A DNA stretch of 64,000 bases. Origin: Amphiscolops sp. MND2022 (taxonomy: Eukaryota). The position numbers were made by a program, and so were the translations under genes. Shown piece by piece: positions 25,866 through 36,100 of the stretch (positions are counted from its first letter, which is position 1; each line of letters begins with the position of its first letter). The stretch is taken from contig OZ076413.1 in the NCBI GenBank assembly GCA_964187785.1, positions 27,466,001 to 27,530,000 of the forward strand. The letters are read 5' to 3'. The notes beneath the pieces were generated by a model that saw only the letters and a program-made list of their open reading frames with translations, had not been told where the DNA came from and ran no database searches.

Positions 25866-26884
25866 GGGGAACGGAGTAAGACCTAAGGAATAAGACCTAA
25901 ATCGAAAACGGGAATAAGACCTAAAGTAAAATTCATTTTTCAGGAATAAGACCTAAAAATTTAGGTCTTATTCCTACTTTTTGAAAGAAGACCTATTAGC
26001 GAAATAAGACCTAAAGTGGGAATTAGACCTAAAAACGACAAACAAGACCTAAAAAAGTGGGAATTAGACCTAAAAACGGGAATAAGACCTAAATGCGAAA
26101 TGAGACCCATGGGGAGAACAGAATAGTCTTTGAAGGAATAATATCTGGAAATTTTTAAAGTATGAAACGTGCCTCTGATATTTCCCCATTTCCTCTAGTG
26201 CCCCGCGGCCCCTTGGGGCCGTTTATGTTCCCATCTTGCTAAGCGAGGTCGAACAGGAGCAAAGACCTAGCGGAAACGGAGATCGCGAAGCGATCGTAGT
26301 GGGAGCTGGTCTTTGCGACGATGAGGGCGAGCGTGCATACACCAGATATGCCCCCACATTAGAAGAAAGTACTGAAAATTTTGTGAGACATTTACAAAAG
26401 GTGATATTTTTTTCTTGAAAAAAATGATTTGAGATCTGACTACTTTATAAAATCAATGGGAGGAAAAAAATAATGATGAAAAATTTTTATTTAATGTTTT
26501 TTTTTGTGTTGATTGCCTCAATTTCTTCTGCTGGAGGTTTTTTCTTTTCACGTTTTGCAATATTTTTCGATGCCTAATGGTTATCTGTGATGATTGCCTC
26601 AATCCCCAGATTCTGAAATAAATTTTGGCCTTAATTTTTTTTTTAAGAATAGTTTTTTAGGTCTTATTCCCTATTTTAGGCCTTATTCCCTATTTTAGGC
26701 CTTATTCCCTAATTTAGGCCTTATTCCCGTTCCTGTTTTAGGTCTTATTCCCGTTTTTTAGGTCTTATTCCGCATTTGAGGTCTTATTCCTGTTTTTTAG
26801 GTCTTATTCCACTACTTTTGAGTTTTGGGTCTTTCCTTTAGGTCTTATTCCTTTTGACTTTTTAGGTCTTATTCCCGGTCCCCA
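25866..26884. mobile_element. MULE MITE, 1019 bp, motif-B subfamily, TSD CTTTTTAGA, nested in the TIR of a motif-A element
   Basis: Identical 9-mers at 25857-25865 and 26885-26893; termini GGGGAACGG...CCGGTCCCCA; core at ~26164-26359. Confidence 0.85.
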
Positions 26885-27387
26885 CTTTTTAGACGTTATT
26901 CCTGTTTAAATTGAACTATATATATTTCTGAATATTTTTTCGCAACGAATAGCTGACTTACAATTCAAACAATAATGGGTCGTGTCATTGGTACCAATGG
27001 CTACGGTACTCTTAATCCGTGGAACAAGCTCAATATTTGACGTTTCGTGAATGTCTTAAATTTATACGGAGACCGGGAATAGTATCTAAAACTGAATGAT
27101 TGGACTCCAAATGTGTGGAATATGCTGTTATTGTTGTGTGTGCACGCTCGCCCTCACCGTCGCAAATACTACCTTCAACTACGATGGCTTCGCGATCTCC
27201 GTTCCCGTTAGGTCTTTGCTCCTGTTCGACCTCGCTTAGCAAGATAGCAACAAAAGGGGCCGCGGTGGCACTAGAAGAAATGGGGACATATCCTAGACAC
27301 GTTTATACTTTATAACACCCTATAGTTTTAGATCTTAATTGCATTTTCCCCGATTTTATACGTTATTCCCGTTTTTCAAACGTATTA

Positions 27388-27677
27388 CACTCAACTCCGG
27401 TTATAACGATTGCCCGGGACGGCGTTTTTCAATCGTCATATCCGAATATCGTTATAGGCGAAAATCGTTATATTCAGGAAAAGGATTGTCAATGTATATT
27501 TAAGCTTTTCGATCGTTAAACAGATCATCATCAGTTACATTACTTGTCTGTTATATGAAAAAAAATGTTATATACTAGCATCGTGACCGGGACCGTGAAA
27601 CTCTTATCGCTATATCCGGAATATCGTTGTAAACGTAATACCGCTGTAAACGTAATCGTTATAAACGGAGTTGAGTG
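27388..27677. mobile_element. Tc1/mariner-type MITE, 290 bp, TA TSD
   Basis: TIR CACTCAACTCCG(G/T)TTATAACGATT at both ends; TA at 27386-27387 and 27678-27679. Confidence 0.85.
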
Positions 27678-27932
27678 TATGATGGTTTTTTGATATTTGG
27701 TACGTTTGTTTTCGATTCTGGACACTTCCCGATTCAGACGTTATTCCACTTTTCAAACGTTTTTCATCTTTTTAGTTTAGATGTTATTCCTTCAGACGTT
27801 ATTCCCCGTGGATCCTTAGACGTTATTCCCGCTTCTGAGCATTTCGGGAGTAACAAGTAAAGTTTTAGACGTTATTCCTGTTTAAAAAATTGGACTTTCT
27901 GAAAGAGAAAATATTGAATTTTTTCCAGACCA

Positions 27933-28260
27933 ATGGCTGACTTGAAATTAGAGGGTCGACGCAAAGATACTAAGGTCTTCGTGTGCAAAGGATACTTGAC
28001 AACCTTGCGAAGCTATAATCACAGTAGTGGATGCCCAGGGACAAGCTTTATCGAGGGCCTAAAATTTTTTGAGGGGAATTTGCACATGCATCCCGAACTG
28101 TTCCAGCTATTTGAAAAACAAGGTGAAAGCCAAAGTTGAAGATCAATGTGAAAATCACCCTAGGCTCCGAAAGACATTAACAACGAGAATTTGAAAACAA
28201 CACAGAAATATCAGTTGACAGTTCCACGATAGGAAAAAGGCGCGCAACAACATTCCCCAT
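27933..28260 (+). pseudogene. Decayed FLYWCH-type N-terminus of a MULE transposase
   Basis: MADLKLEGRRKDTKVFVCKGY...GCPGTSFI...HMHP aligns with the 37320 ORF (EGRRKGSTLFCADGY...CTGTAYI...HNHP). Starts ~50 bp after a motif-A array. Confidence 0.65.
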
Positions 28261-28444
28261 TGTACAACAATCAATTTACGACTAATCTTTCATATTTTTG
28301 GATTCCATGAAATTCATTACACTTGCGATAAGCAAGTGTTATGGGAAAGTGCGGGTGCTTTTTTTTCCGCGCGACAACTCTCGTTTCAGACCGCAAGTCG
28401 CATAGTCTGAATTTGTGGCTGTGCAAGTCGCAACTTCTGGCACT

Positions 28445-28528
28445 TGGCATAGAGGTTAATTAGGATTTTTTGATGTCTGCCAAGCAGAAGGACGTGGGTT
28501 CGAGTCTCGCCCTTGACCAAAATTTTTT
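28445..28528 (+). mobile_element. tRNA-derived SINE head
   Basis: A-box-like TGGCATAGAGG, B-box GGTTCGAGTCT and a T-run; shares CCAAGCAG(A/G)AGG with the 40577 copy. No cloverleaf. Confidence 0.55.
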
Positions 28529-28529
28529 G

Positions 28530-30409
28530 TGCATGTTATTTCTGCTTTGTGAGACTTTTTTTCGCAAATTCTTTCAATGTCCCCAAAGGGTCCCCCTTCA
28601 TTTTTTTCTATTTTGCAAAAGAATGGATGTTAAAAAAAATCTCAAAGTGCCCCCCTTTTACAGTTTTCGGCATTGAGAGGTTTTCCAAATCGAATAATTT
28701 TTGTCTTAAAATTAGGTTTTCTCAGGCCCAGCACGGTATATCCGATTTTTGTACGCTATATCCGATTTTTGTTTTTTTTTCAAGACCGCTGTTTTTTCTA
28801 TGCGACTTTTTTAGGAGTCGGAAAAAATTTTCGACTACTTATGCAATCGTGCTGTTTTTTTTCTCCCGACCTTTTCATGAAAATTTCAAATTTCTCAAAA
28901 ACTGTCCATACGATTTTCACGAAATTTTGCAGTCATTCTACACCCAAAGGGGCCCCTGCGTGTGCAAAGGCATCAAAATCGTATGGCCTGGATGTGAGAA
29001 ACATAGCCAAAATTAGCCCAAAAATGGCCAAAAAACAGCCATTTTTCGATTTTTTCACAAACTGTTCATACGATTCGAACGAAAGCGAGTCAGAAGGAAA
29101 AAGACTTAAGCCGACTCCTTTACCGCATATGCGGCTCTGGTCTAATTTGTTTTCATCGAAGCCCCTCAATTTTTACTAGAAACGAAACGTTTTGCGAGCA
29201 TAAAGCACTGCTCAAGGTTTTCGGCTCTATGCGACTTGCCGGAGACCTTCATCAAAAAAATTTTCGAAAATTTTTTTCCTCAATTTTCTGTTTTTTAAAG
29301 GTTTACGGTTGAGAAAGATGGGTTTTCTGTTGTTTCCAGTTGGAGAATTGTTTTCAAGATTTATGGGTATCCCTTCGGGATTTTTTGGCGTAAAATTGAT
29401 GAAATTTTAACAATGTCCTTTTACCCTTGGCTCTCCGTATGATATTGCTTATTTGGGTTTCTTCAAAAGTTCGCAACTTTCTTCGCAAGTGTTTGCGAAG
29501 CACGGCTTCGCGTCTGTGTTCAATCTTTCATATTTTTGGATTCCATGAACTTTATAATAATGTGTCGTCCTATTGATTTTCTCCGCATTTTGGACGTTAT
29601 TCCCAGGTTTAGGCGAAATTTAGACTACCTCCACTGGATTTATTGTCACTTTACCTCTACTGGATTATATTGGTTTGCCAACTTTGGTCTGTCTACTTGG
29701 ATCGTGGCTGGCATGAGTAATGAACCTTTCGATTCACATTTTCCCTTGTTTCACCTAGTTTGAAGACCACGGGTGTGTGCCGTCATCCCCTAACATGATT
29801 ACCAACATCAATAACGACCATCTTTCATCTAAAAAGAACACAAGCCAGGAACGGCCCAAGTCGGCACCCGCTCGAAGTTGAAACAAGCCGGGAACGGCAT
29901 AGATCGGCGCCATATCTAACAAAATTTTTCGAAAAAGTCGATGCCGAAAAATTGAAAGGGGGACCCTTTGTGGATAAGAATTCGAAGTCTCACAATGCCG
30001 GAAAAACTGAAAGGGGGACCCTTTAGTCTCGCCCGGTATTGTATGTTACCCGGAAAAAAGGTAAGACCTTTTTGGTTCAGTTCGTTAGGCCAAATGCTTC
30101 AATTTGACACCCATAAAGATCCATTAGAACTATTTTAGTCCGTTCGCGTGGATTGAAAGAAGTGAAGCGCCGACTAAAAACCAAGTTTGATAAAAATGCA
30201 ACAATTTATCGAAGTTACAGTGCCGGAAAATACCCGAACGAATATACCCATGAGATTCGAAAACCGCTTTTTCCTAACGAAGTTTTTTCTTCGGAAAAGT
30301 CGCAGTGCCAAAAGAGGAGCGTTATCCTTGGCAAACGCTTTTTTCACGCCGATATTGATGAAAGTGAAGAGGGTACACATTGAGCAAAGAAAAATTTCGC
30401 AGTGCCAAG
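28530..30409. repeat. Copies of an abundant interspersed repeat family with AACAAGCCGGGAACGG..AAGTCGGCGCC termini
   Basis: 28806-29030 matches 60126-60345 and 63945-64000. AAAGGGGGACCCTTT motifs; termini at 29840 and 29882. Span includes some unrelated sequence (~29480-29840). Confidence 0.75.
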
Positions 30410-30738
30410 AGGACTGTAACAGCTGGAACATTACTATGCTGAGGACAAATGAACTAATCAAACGAACTTTTTAACTATTTGACCTTAAAGCTATTTTACT
30501 TATGACAAAACTAAACTTTGAACTATTTGATCATCTTCAAACAAATAACTAATATGATTTATGAATAGAGAAAACATCAGTGCTGACTATAACTCGACAA
30601 CTGCATCGTTGTGTCTTCTCTAAGAAAAATAGAAACTAATTTGGGGATTGTGATCCATGCTTCGAAGACTTGAGTGCTCTCCATTCCTGCATCCAGCCGC
30701 CAGCCATGAACATATATCTTAAAAGGAGGAATATTAGT

Positions 30739-30756
30739 TGTTGACAGGAGTAGGAT
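30739..30756 (+). promoter_or_regulatory. PBS of element D (tRNA-Leu-like)
   Basis: TGTTGACAGGAGTAGGAT, 15/18 identical to the common tRNA-Leu PBS TGGTGTCAGGAGTGGGAT; abuts the LTR end. Confidence 0.65.
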
Positions 30757-30799
30757 AGCGAATCTGAGCTTTCAATCAAAGGTCAAACTCCCGGTACCG

Positions 30800-33193
30800 T
30801 AAACATGACAATGACAAACTTTAACATCCCGAATGTTGTAAATAACAAAAGTGTACCGGATGTTGATAAAAGTTTGGAATCACATCTCTTGTGATCTTTC
30901 AACAATTCACAGACCCCGCCCAGAAGTACGCAAAGTGACATTCTTGCATTTGAGGTCGATCGAACTAGTTGATGAAGTATTCTTTCGACAATTTTCCATT
31001 TTACTCCTTTTGAAAGGTGAAAAGAACACAAAGAAAAACGGATCTATTTGGTTTTGTTCCTACTGGTTTTCTTCACCCCTGCTTCAGTTCGAAGTGAGTG
31101 GCTTTCTAATTTAGAAGCCTCCACTGATCCGAATGAAATCCAAGAAAAGGGCGTTTTGTTCCATGAATGCAATAAAATCTTGCGGAGAAATTTATCAAAG
31201 TTGAATTTTTAGTTCCATTTCCGACGTATGACTTCGAACTTTAACCAGATATTATTGCCTTAATGGCCAAGCTTGCATCGATGTGGGAACTTCCATCAAT
31301 CTTTTGTCCAATAGATTTTTCTAGTCAATTTTCAACAAATTCAACGCCGTTAATGTTACCTGGATGTTAAAACAAATCGAAACTGACATCCACACCGCCG
31401 AACTCGATGTTGCCCTCCTACGTAATTAAACTGCGATGTTTCTCTCCTCTCCTCAGCAGCCACAGAATACTCGCCACCGACGTGGATTCCATGTGGGATT
31501 TGCGGCTCTTGCTGCCGTCGGACTTTAAAGAGGAGGAGTGGCTATTGGCAATTCAGACATCTGTGGCCTCCAAGGCATTTTTGGTTCCTACCAAGACGAT
31601 GCGAAAGCGAATGCCGAGATTATTCGCAAACTGTCTGAAATCCAGGACGTTTTAACCCAGTTTATAACTGAATTCACAACATCTACGGACGAAAATGTTT
31701 TATGGTAGAAAATGAATTGGCAGCCCTTCACGACATTCAACAGCAGTTTGATGTTTTTGAACATATATTTCACGTCCTTCGGGACTGCAATCTGCTAATT
31801 TTTTCAAATCAGCAATTGAACTTCAACTTCGACACCCTTTCGTCGCTTCTCGTTGAAATATGCAAGTGTTAAGAGCTATCGCGCGGCCTTATTTGCATTC
31901 CGTATGAACATCCTAATTAGATTCCAGTCATACCCAAAGGTCATCTGCCTATGTCCTTGGCACCAACGGAATCGTTATTGGCTTTTCTCCGAAGTGTTGC
32001 GATGAAACAGACGACGGCTGACGATAGACTCTTATTATCCCAATGTCAGATCTGATGTCTTACTTCGATTCCAAGCTTTAGCAGATGCTCTAACGATTGA
32101 CGAAGGTCTTGATAACCCTTAACATCCCGCTAGCATCTTAGCAGACTGTTTTTGATGTCTATGAAGCAAAATTCTTTCCTATGCCGTATCCAGACGATCC
32201 CCAGTCGGCTCTTACATGGAACATCGAAGCTCCATATTTAACTCTATCAGAGGATCATTTGGAGTCATCGGTCCTCTCTGCAGAACATTTTGAGCATTGT
32301 CTCGGCTCATCCCGTTACGGAATCTGTTTAAAGTCTGTTCCAACAGAGATGGGACACTCATCTTGTTTAGCCACCTTGTTTTCAAGTACAGCTTCGGAGG
32401 CTCTTGTTGTATGTGATTATCATTGTACAACTGCCAGCCATTGAACAAGCAACAAATTTAGGCTATGGCATTCAATCCGCTCACGCTGTTATCCTTCGTG
32501 TAGTTTCATCTTCATCTGTTCAGGGCTCTTCTCTTCGTGGATGCTGCATCTGTCTTATCACATTAGCATGCGGAATGCAAATCATGTCTGACAACATCCA
32601 AATTCGGTCGGATCTATCAAATTATGCTCATGTTCCACGAATAAAATTGCAGGTTTCTGTCTAATCCTGTCGTTTCATTGGTTATGGGAGCTATTTACCG
32701 TTCTTTAGAAGAATTACCGTTCTACACATTGAAGTTATTGAAGGAGGTAAAGCTACAGTTAGCGAAAGGACCAAAGAATCGTGAAGTCAAACATATCGAC
32801 ATAGCAAGACCATATGCATCCGAAATGAAACTACTGAAACCAGACTTAACAAAAGAATTTAATAAGTTCCATTCCGAATCTCATTCATACTCACAATAAC
32901 TGTTGATTGTATCAGCTTTGCACTTGCTCTTTATGTACGTTTATCATCGATACAATCTGGCATCGGAATTGTTTCCATCTCTACTTGATAAAAATAGAAA
33001 AAACGTTCGAGCTAAGCCCATCATGAAATTGGAAACAACTGATGCTCATGATGAGGATAATTTTCACACAAGTTTCGGCGGTATATACCATCTTTCACGA
33101 TCACAATCAAAAATGAATCTAAACGAACCATCTACATCTGCTAAATGCGATCAGGTGCATCAAATCTCAATCATCATCACAAATCTGAGCTAG
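30800..33193 (+). pseudogene. env-like class I fusion glycoprotein, frameshifted and with stops
   Basis: RHRR|GFHVGFAALAAVGL*RGGVAIG (furin site plus fusion peptide, from 31472), heptad-like segment, Cys-rich region (CLGSSRYGIC, CCICLITLACG), hydrophobic TM-like segment LIVSALHLLFMYVYHRY near 32903. Confidence 0.75.
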
Positions 33194-36100
33194 CAACTCC
33201 CTAGTTACAACTACTCAAACGCTCCCCGATAGAGGTGACTATGAAGCGGACCATGCCGACATCAATGCTTGACTTCACGCTCCTTCAGTTCAATCATTCA
33301 TTCATCATTGAGACTGATCAAAACATTTTTTCCATATATTTTCTGCAGTGATATGTAAACTCTAAATGCGGTAATCTTTGGTTCTACAATATTCAACTGG
33401 ACTGGATGAAATATAAACTTTATCACAACTACATGAAATTGGGACTTGTGCTGCTCCCCGGCTCCTCAAAAAGAACAAGTGAAACTGGAATACTCGGTGA
33501 CTTCAGCTTTTATCATCTTCGCTACACTATTCCTCGGACTGCATGATGGCTTTTTCCAGACGTTTTTCGATGAGAGGAAGTGTAACAGCTGAAACATTCC
33601 TATGTTGAAGACAATGAACTATTCAAACGAACTTTTTAACTATTTGACCTTAAAGCTATTTTTTTTCTGACAAAATTTTAAACTTTGAACTATTTGATCA
33701 TCATCATCAAACAAATAACTCTAATATGATTTATGAATGGAGAAAACATCAGTGCTGACTTTAACTCGACAACTGCATGGTTGTTTTTTCTCTAAGCAAA
33801 ATAGAAACTAATTTGGCGATTGTGATCCATGCTTCGAAGACTTGACTGCTCTCCATTCCTGCATCCAGCCGCCAGCCATGAACATATATCTTAGAAGGAG
33901 GAGTATTAGTAGGACCCTGTTGTCTCCCCTTTAATTTTGAAAGCGCATTTTTGAGGCTTCGAGCGAGCGAAGCGAAGCGACGAAGTCTCTATTGTTCCGC
34001 GTTTACTAGCGTTTTGGTTTTTTTTTCGCGTGACATACCCTCTGCATTTGTATTAATTGAAGGCTATTTTCTCAGAGCCTATTTTTCCGCGACCATCCAA
34101 ACTTTCCAAAAAGAAACGCAACTTGATGCTCTTTCTAACCGTGTAAAAACTTTCCGAAAATTTTCCACCGGCGCGATTTTATTAGCTTCGAAAGCGCGAA
34201 ATTTTCGAAAATTTTTGGGGTTTTTGTCGATTTTGCTATTTTTCTTTTCACAAACCACAGCGAATTGGCCCGATGTAGGTACTAACCGACGTAAAACGAT
34301 GTTTTCTTTAATTTGGTGAAAGTTTTTTTATCCTAGAATTATTGGGCTTTGCGAAAATGACCATTAAAAATAGGAAAAATTTTCGGTTTTTTTGCGTAAA
34401 AAATTTCTCAACCTATTTTCAAGTAGCAATCAGTTCTAATCCAAGCAGTGGTGTTTCTACTCGATAACAGGTCTGCTTAGCTGCCCAAAGTTAGAAATTG
34501 GAAAGTCACAACGTTTACGTCGGACAGATAGAGACAAAAAAGTTTTCAAATTTTTTGAATTTTTGATAAATTGCTCTCTTTATTCAATTTTGTAAAAGTT
34601 TTGGCCTATTTTCTCGGAGCCTAATACTTCGAGACCATCCAAAAAGTCAACAAATTGTTGGAACTGAATTTGTTGGTGAAGATTTAAATGTTGTTGGATT
34701 TTCGGGCAGTGAGAAAATAGCGATTCAATATCGAAAATTTTTTTGGAACATAATTTTTTTCGAAAATTTTGGAGCTTTCACTAATTTTGCTCATTTCTAC
34801 ATTACAAACAACGTCGACCCGGCATAAAATACGTCCTATCCGACTTCTTTCACATGTTTAAAGTTTCAATGTGCTACATTTTTTGGTGGTTGAGAAAATG
34901 GCGATTGAAATTCTGAAAATTTACGTTTTTTCCCAATTTTTTCCAAGCTTTTTTCTGTTAATAGTTCTGTTCATTTTTGATTTTTTGGCCGTTTTCTCAC
35001 AAGGGATTGCTTCAAGACGATTCGAAAAACAGCAATATTTTGTTCTTTAGCAGTTTTTCCAGAAATTTTTGGCCGGTGCGTATTTATAACGAAATACGAA
35101 AACCGCAAATTTTTTTTTTTGCAGACTTTGCTCCTTTCCTGTAATCAAACCACTTGGAACCGCGGCAGTGTAGGAACTGACCGTCATTCAGGACTGTGAT
35201 ATTAGCCTGGATAAAAGAATTCATTGATACGCGAATTTGCCGTCGAAAAAACTGCGATTGAAAATTCTTCCGAAAATAGTTTATGAGCCGATTTTTACTA
35301 GTTATCGGTTCAATGGGATCTCATATCATTTCCGCTCAAACCATATAGTCCTAAGACTGTAGGCGGAAAGCTCGAAGCAATTAGATGCATGCGGAAAGTA
35401 CTCGAATAGACGAGATAAATGCGCTGTGGAACGTCTTTCTACGCAAATTTGGGTTTTTTCTCAAACAAACTTCATACATTAAAGGTCGTTCGTGGTGCGG
35501 GCCTTCTGATTCTTTTCGAGTAATACTCGGATCGCAATCAGTAAAACGAGAAAACCACCCACAGGTCGTTAAAGGTGCGGGCCTACTATTCTGTGAGGAA
35601 TAGTGAAACGAGAAAACCGGTTTATGAGCACATTACGAGGTAACGTCCAAAATTAGCATTTGGTTCGACTGTTATAAGATTATATCTTATTCAAATGTTA
35701 AATCGGTTATTCAAATTCCTGTTTTTTCGTGGATTGATTAGTTATTGATGATGTGGTTGTTTGAAGCGTACAACCGCGAAATTTCCGTTCTTAACGTATT
35801 CTATCCAGTGAATATCTGCACAGAAGGTATTATGCATTACCGCAATATTCCTGAGATTTGATGTCATATGCAACGATTAAATCAAGACAACACTAAGTTA
35901 TATTCACACCTCGCTGTGCAATGATATTCAACCACGTTGTATTGAAAACAAAAATGATTTCGGATCTTTTCGTGATTTTGCCCCATTCGCAAATTTTAAC
36001 AGGTTATTCATCCTCTGGAATACGTTTCCAACGGTGCCCACTGATGCTGGAAGGTTGTTTGATGCACAATTCAGCTAATTTTTAGAACTGAAAGTATACT

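Larger units (their letters stand above)
25726..27838. mobile_element. Motif-A MULE MITE (inverted homolog of the 24324-25258 element), interrupted by two younger insertions
   Basis: Core at ~27110-27305 and the adjacent TTAAGATCTAAAACTA segment are reverse complements of those in the 935-bp element. No TSD recovered; ends approximate. Confidence 0.6.
23560..29610. mobile_element. Nested cluster of foldback-type Mutator (MULE) non-autonomous elements with TIRs built of 14-bp motifs
   Basis: Dozens of GGAATAACGTCTAA / GGAATAAGACCTAA motifs in inverted arrays, G-rich termini, several 9-bp TSDs and an adjacent FLYWCH fragment. Outer limits approximate. Confidence 0.8.
30415..33910 (+). mobile_element. 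env-only, non-autonomous LTR retroelement (element D) with 5-bp TSD AGGAC
   Basis: LTRs 30415-30738 and 33581-33910 (~92% identical by eye). PBS-like 30739-30756, PPT GAGAGGAAG 33572-33580, AGGAC at 30410-30414 and 33911-33915. Internal region shows only env homology. Confidence 0.85.

Noticed and set aside
26236-27242. Repeated ORF MLSEVEQEQRP...
   Set aside because: Translation of the MITE core; starts at TTG and frames diverge between copies.
23700-27900. CRISPR-like array of 14-bp repeats
   Set aside because: Eukaryotic context, no constant-length unique spacers, repeats in both orientations, and 9-bp TSDs show they are transposon TIRs.
28470-29179. 150-170 aa ORFs (28513-29016, 28673-29179) and similar ones at 59451-60307
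   Set aside because: F/K-biased translations of the AACAAG repeat family, with no domain motifs.
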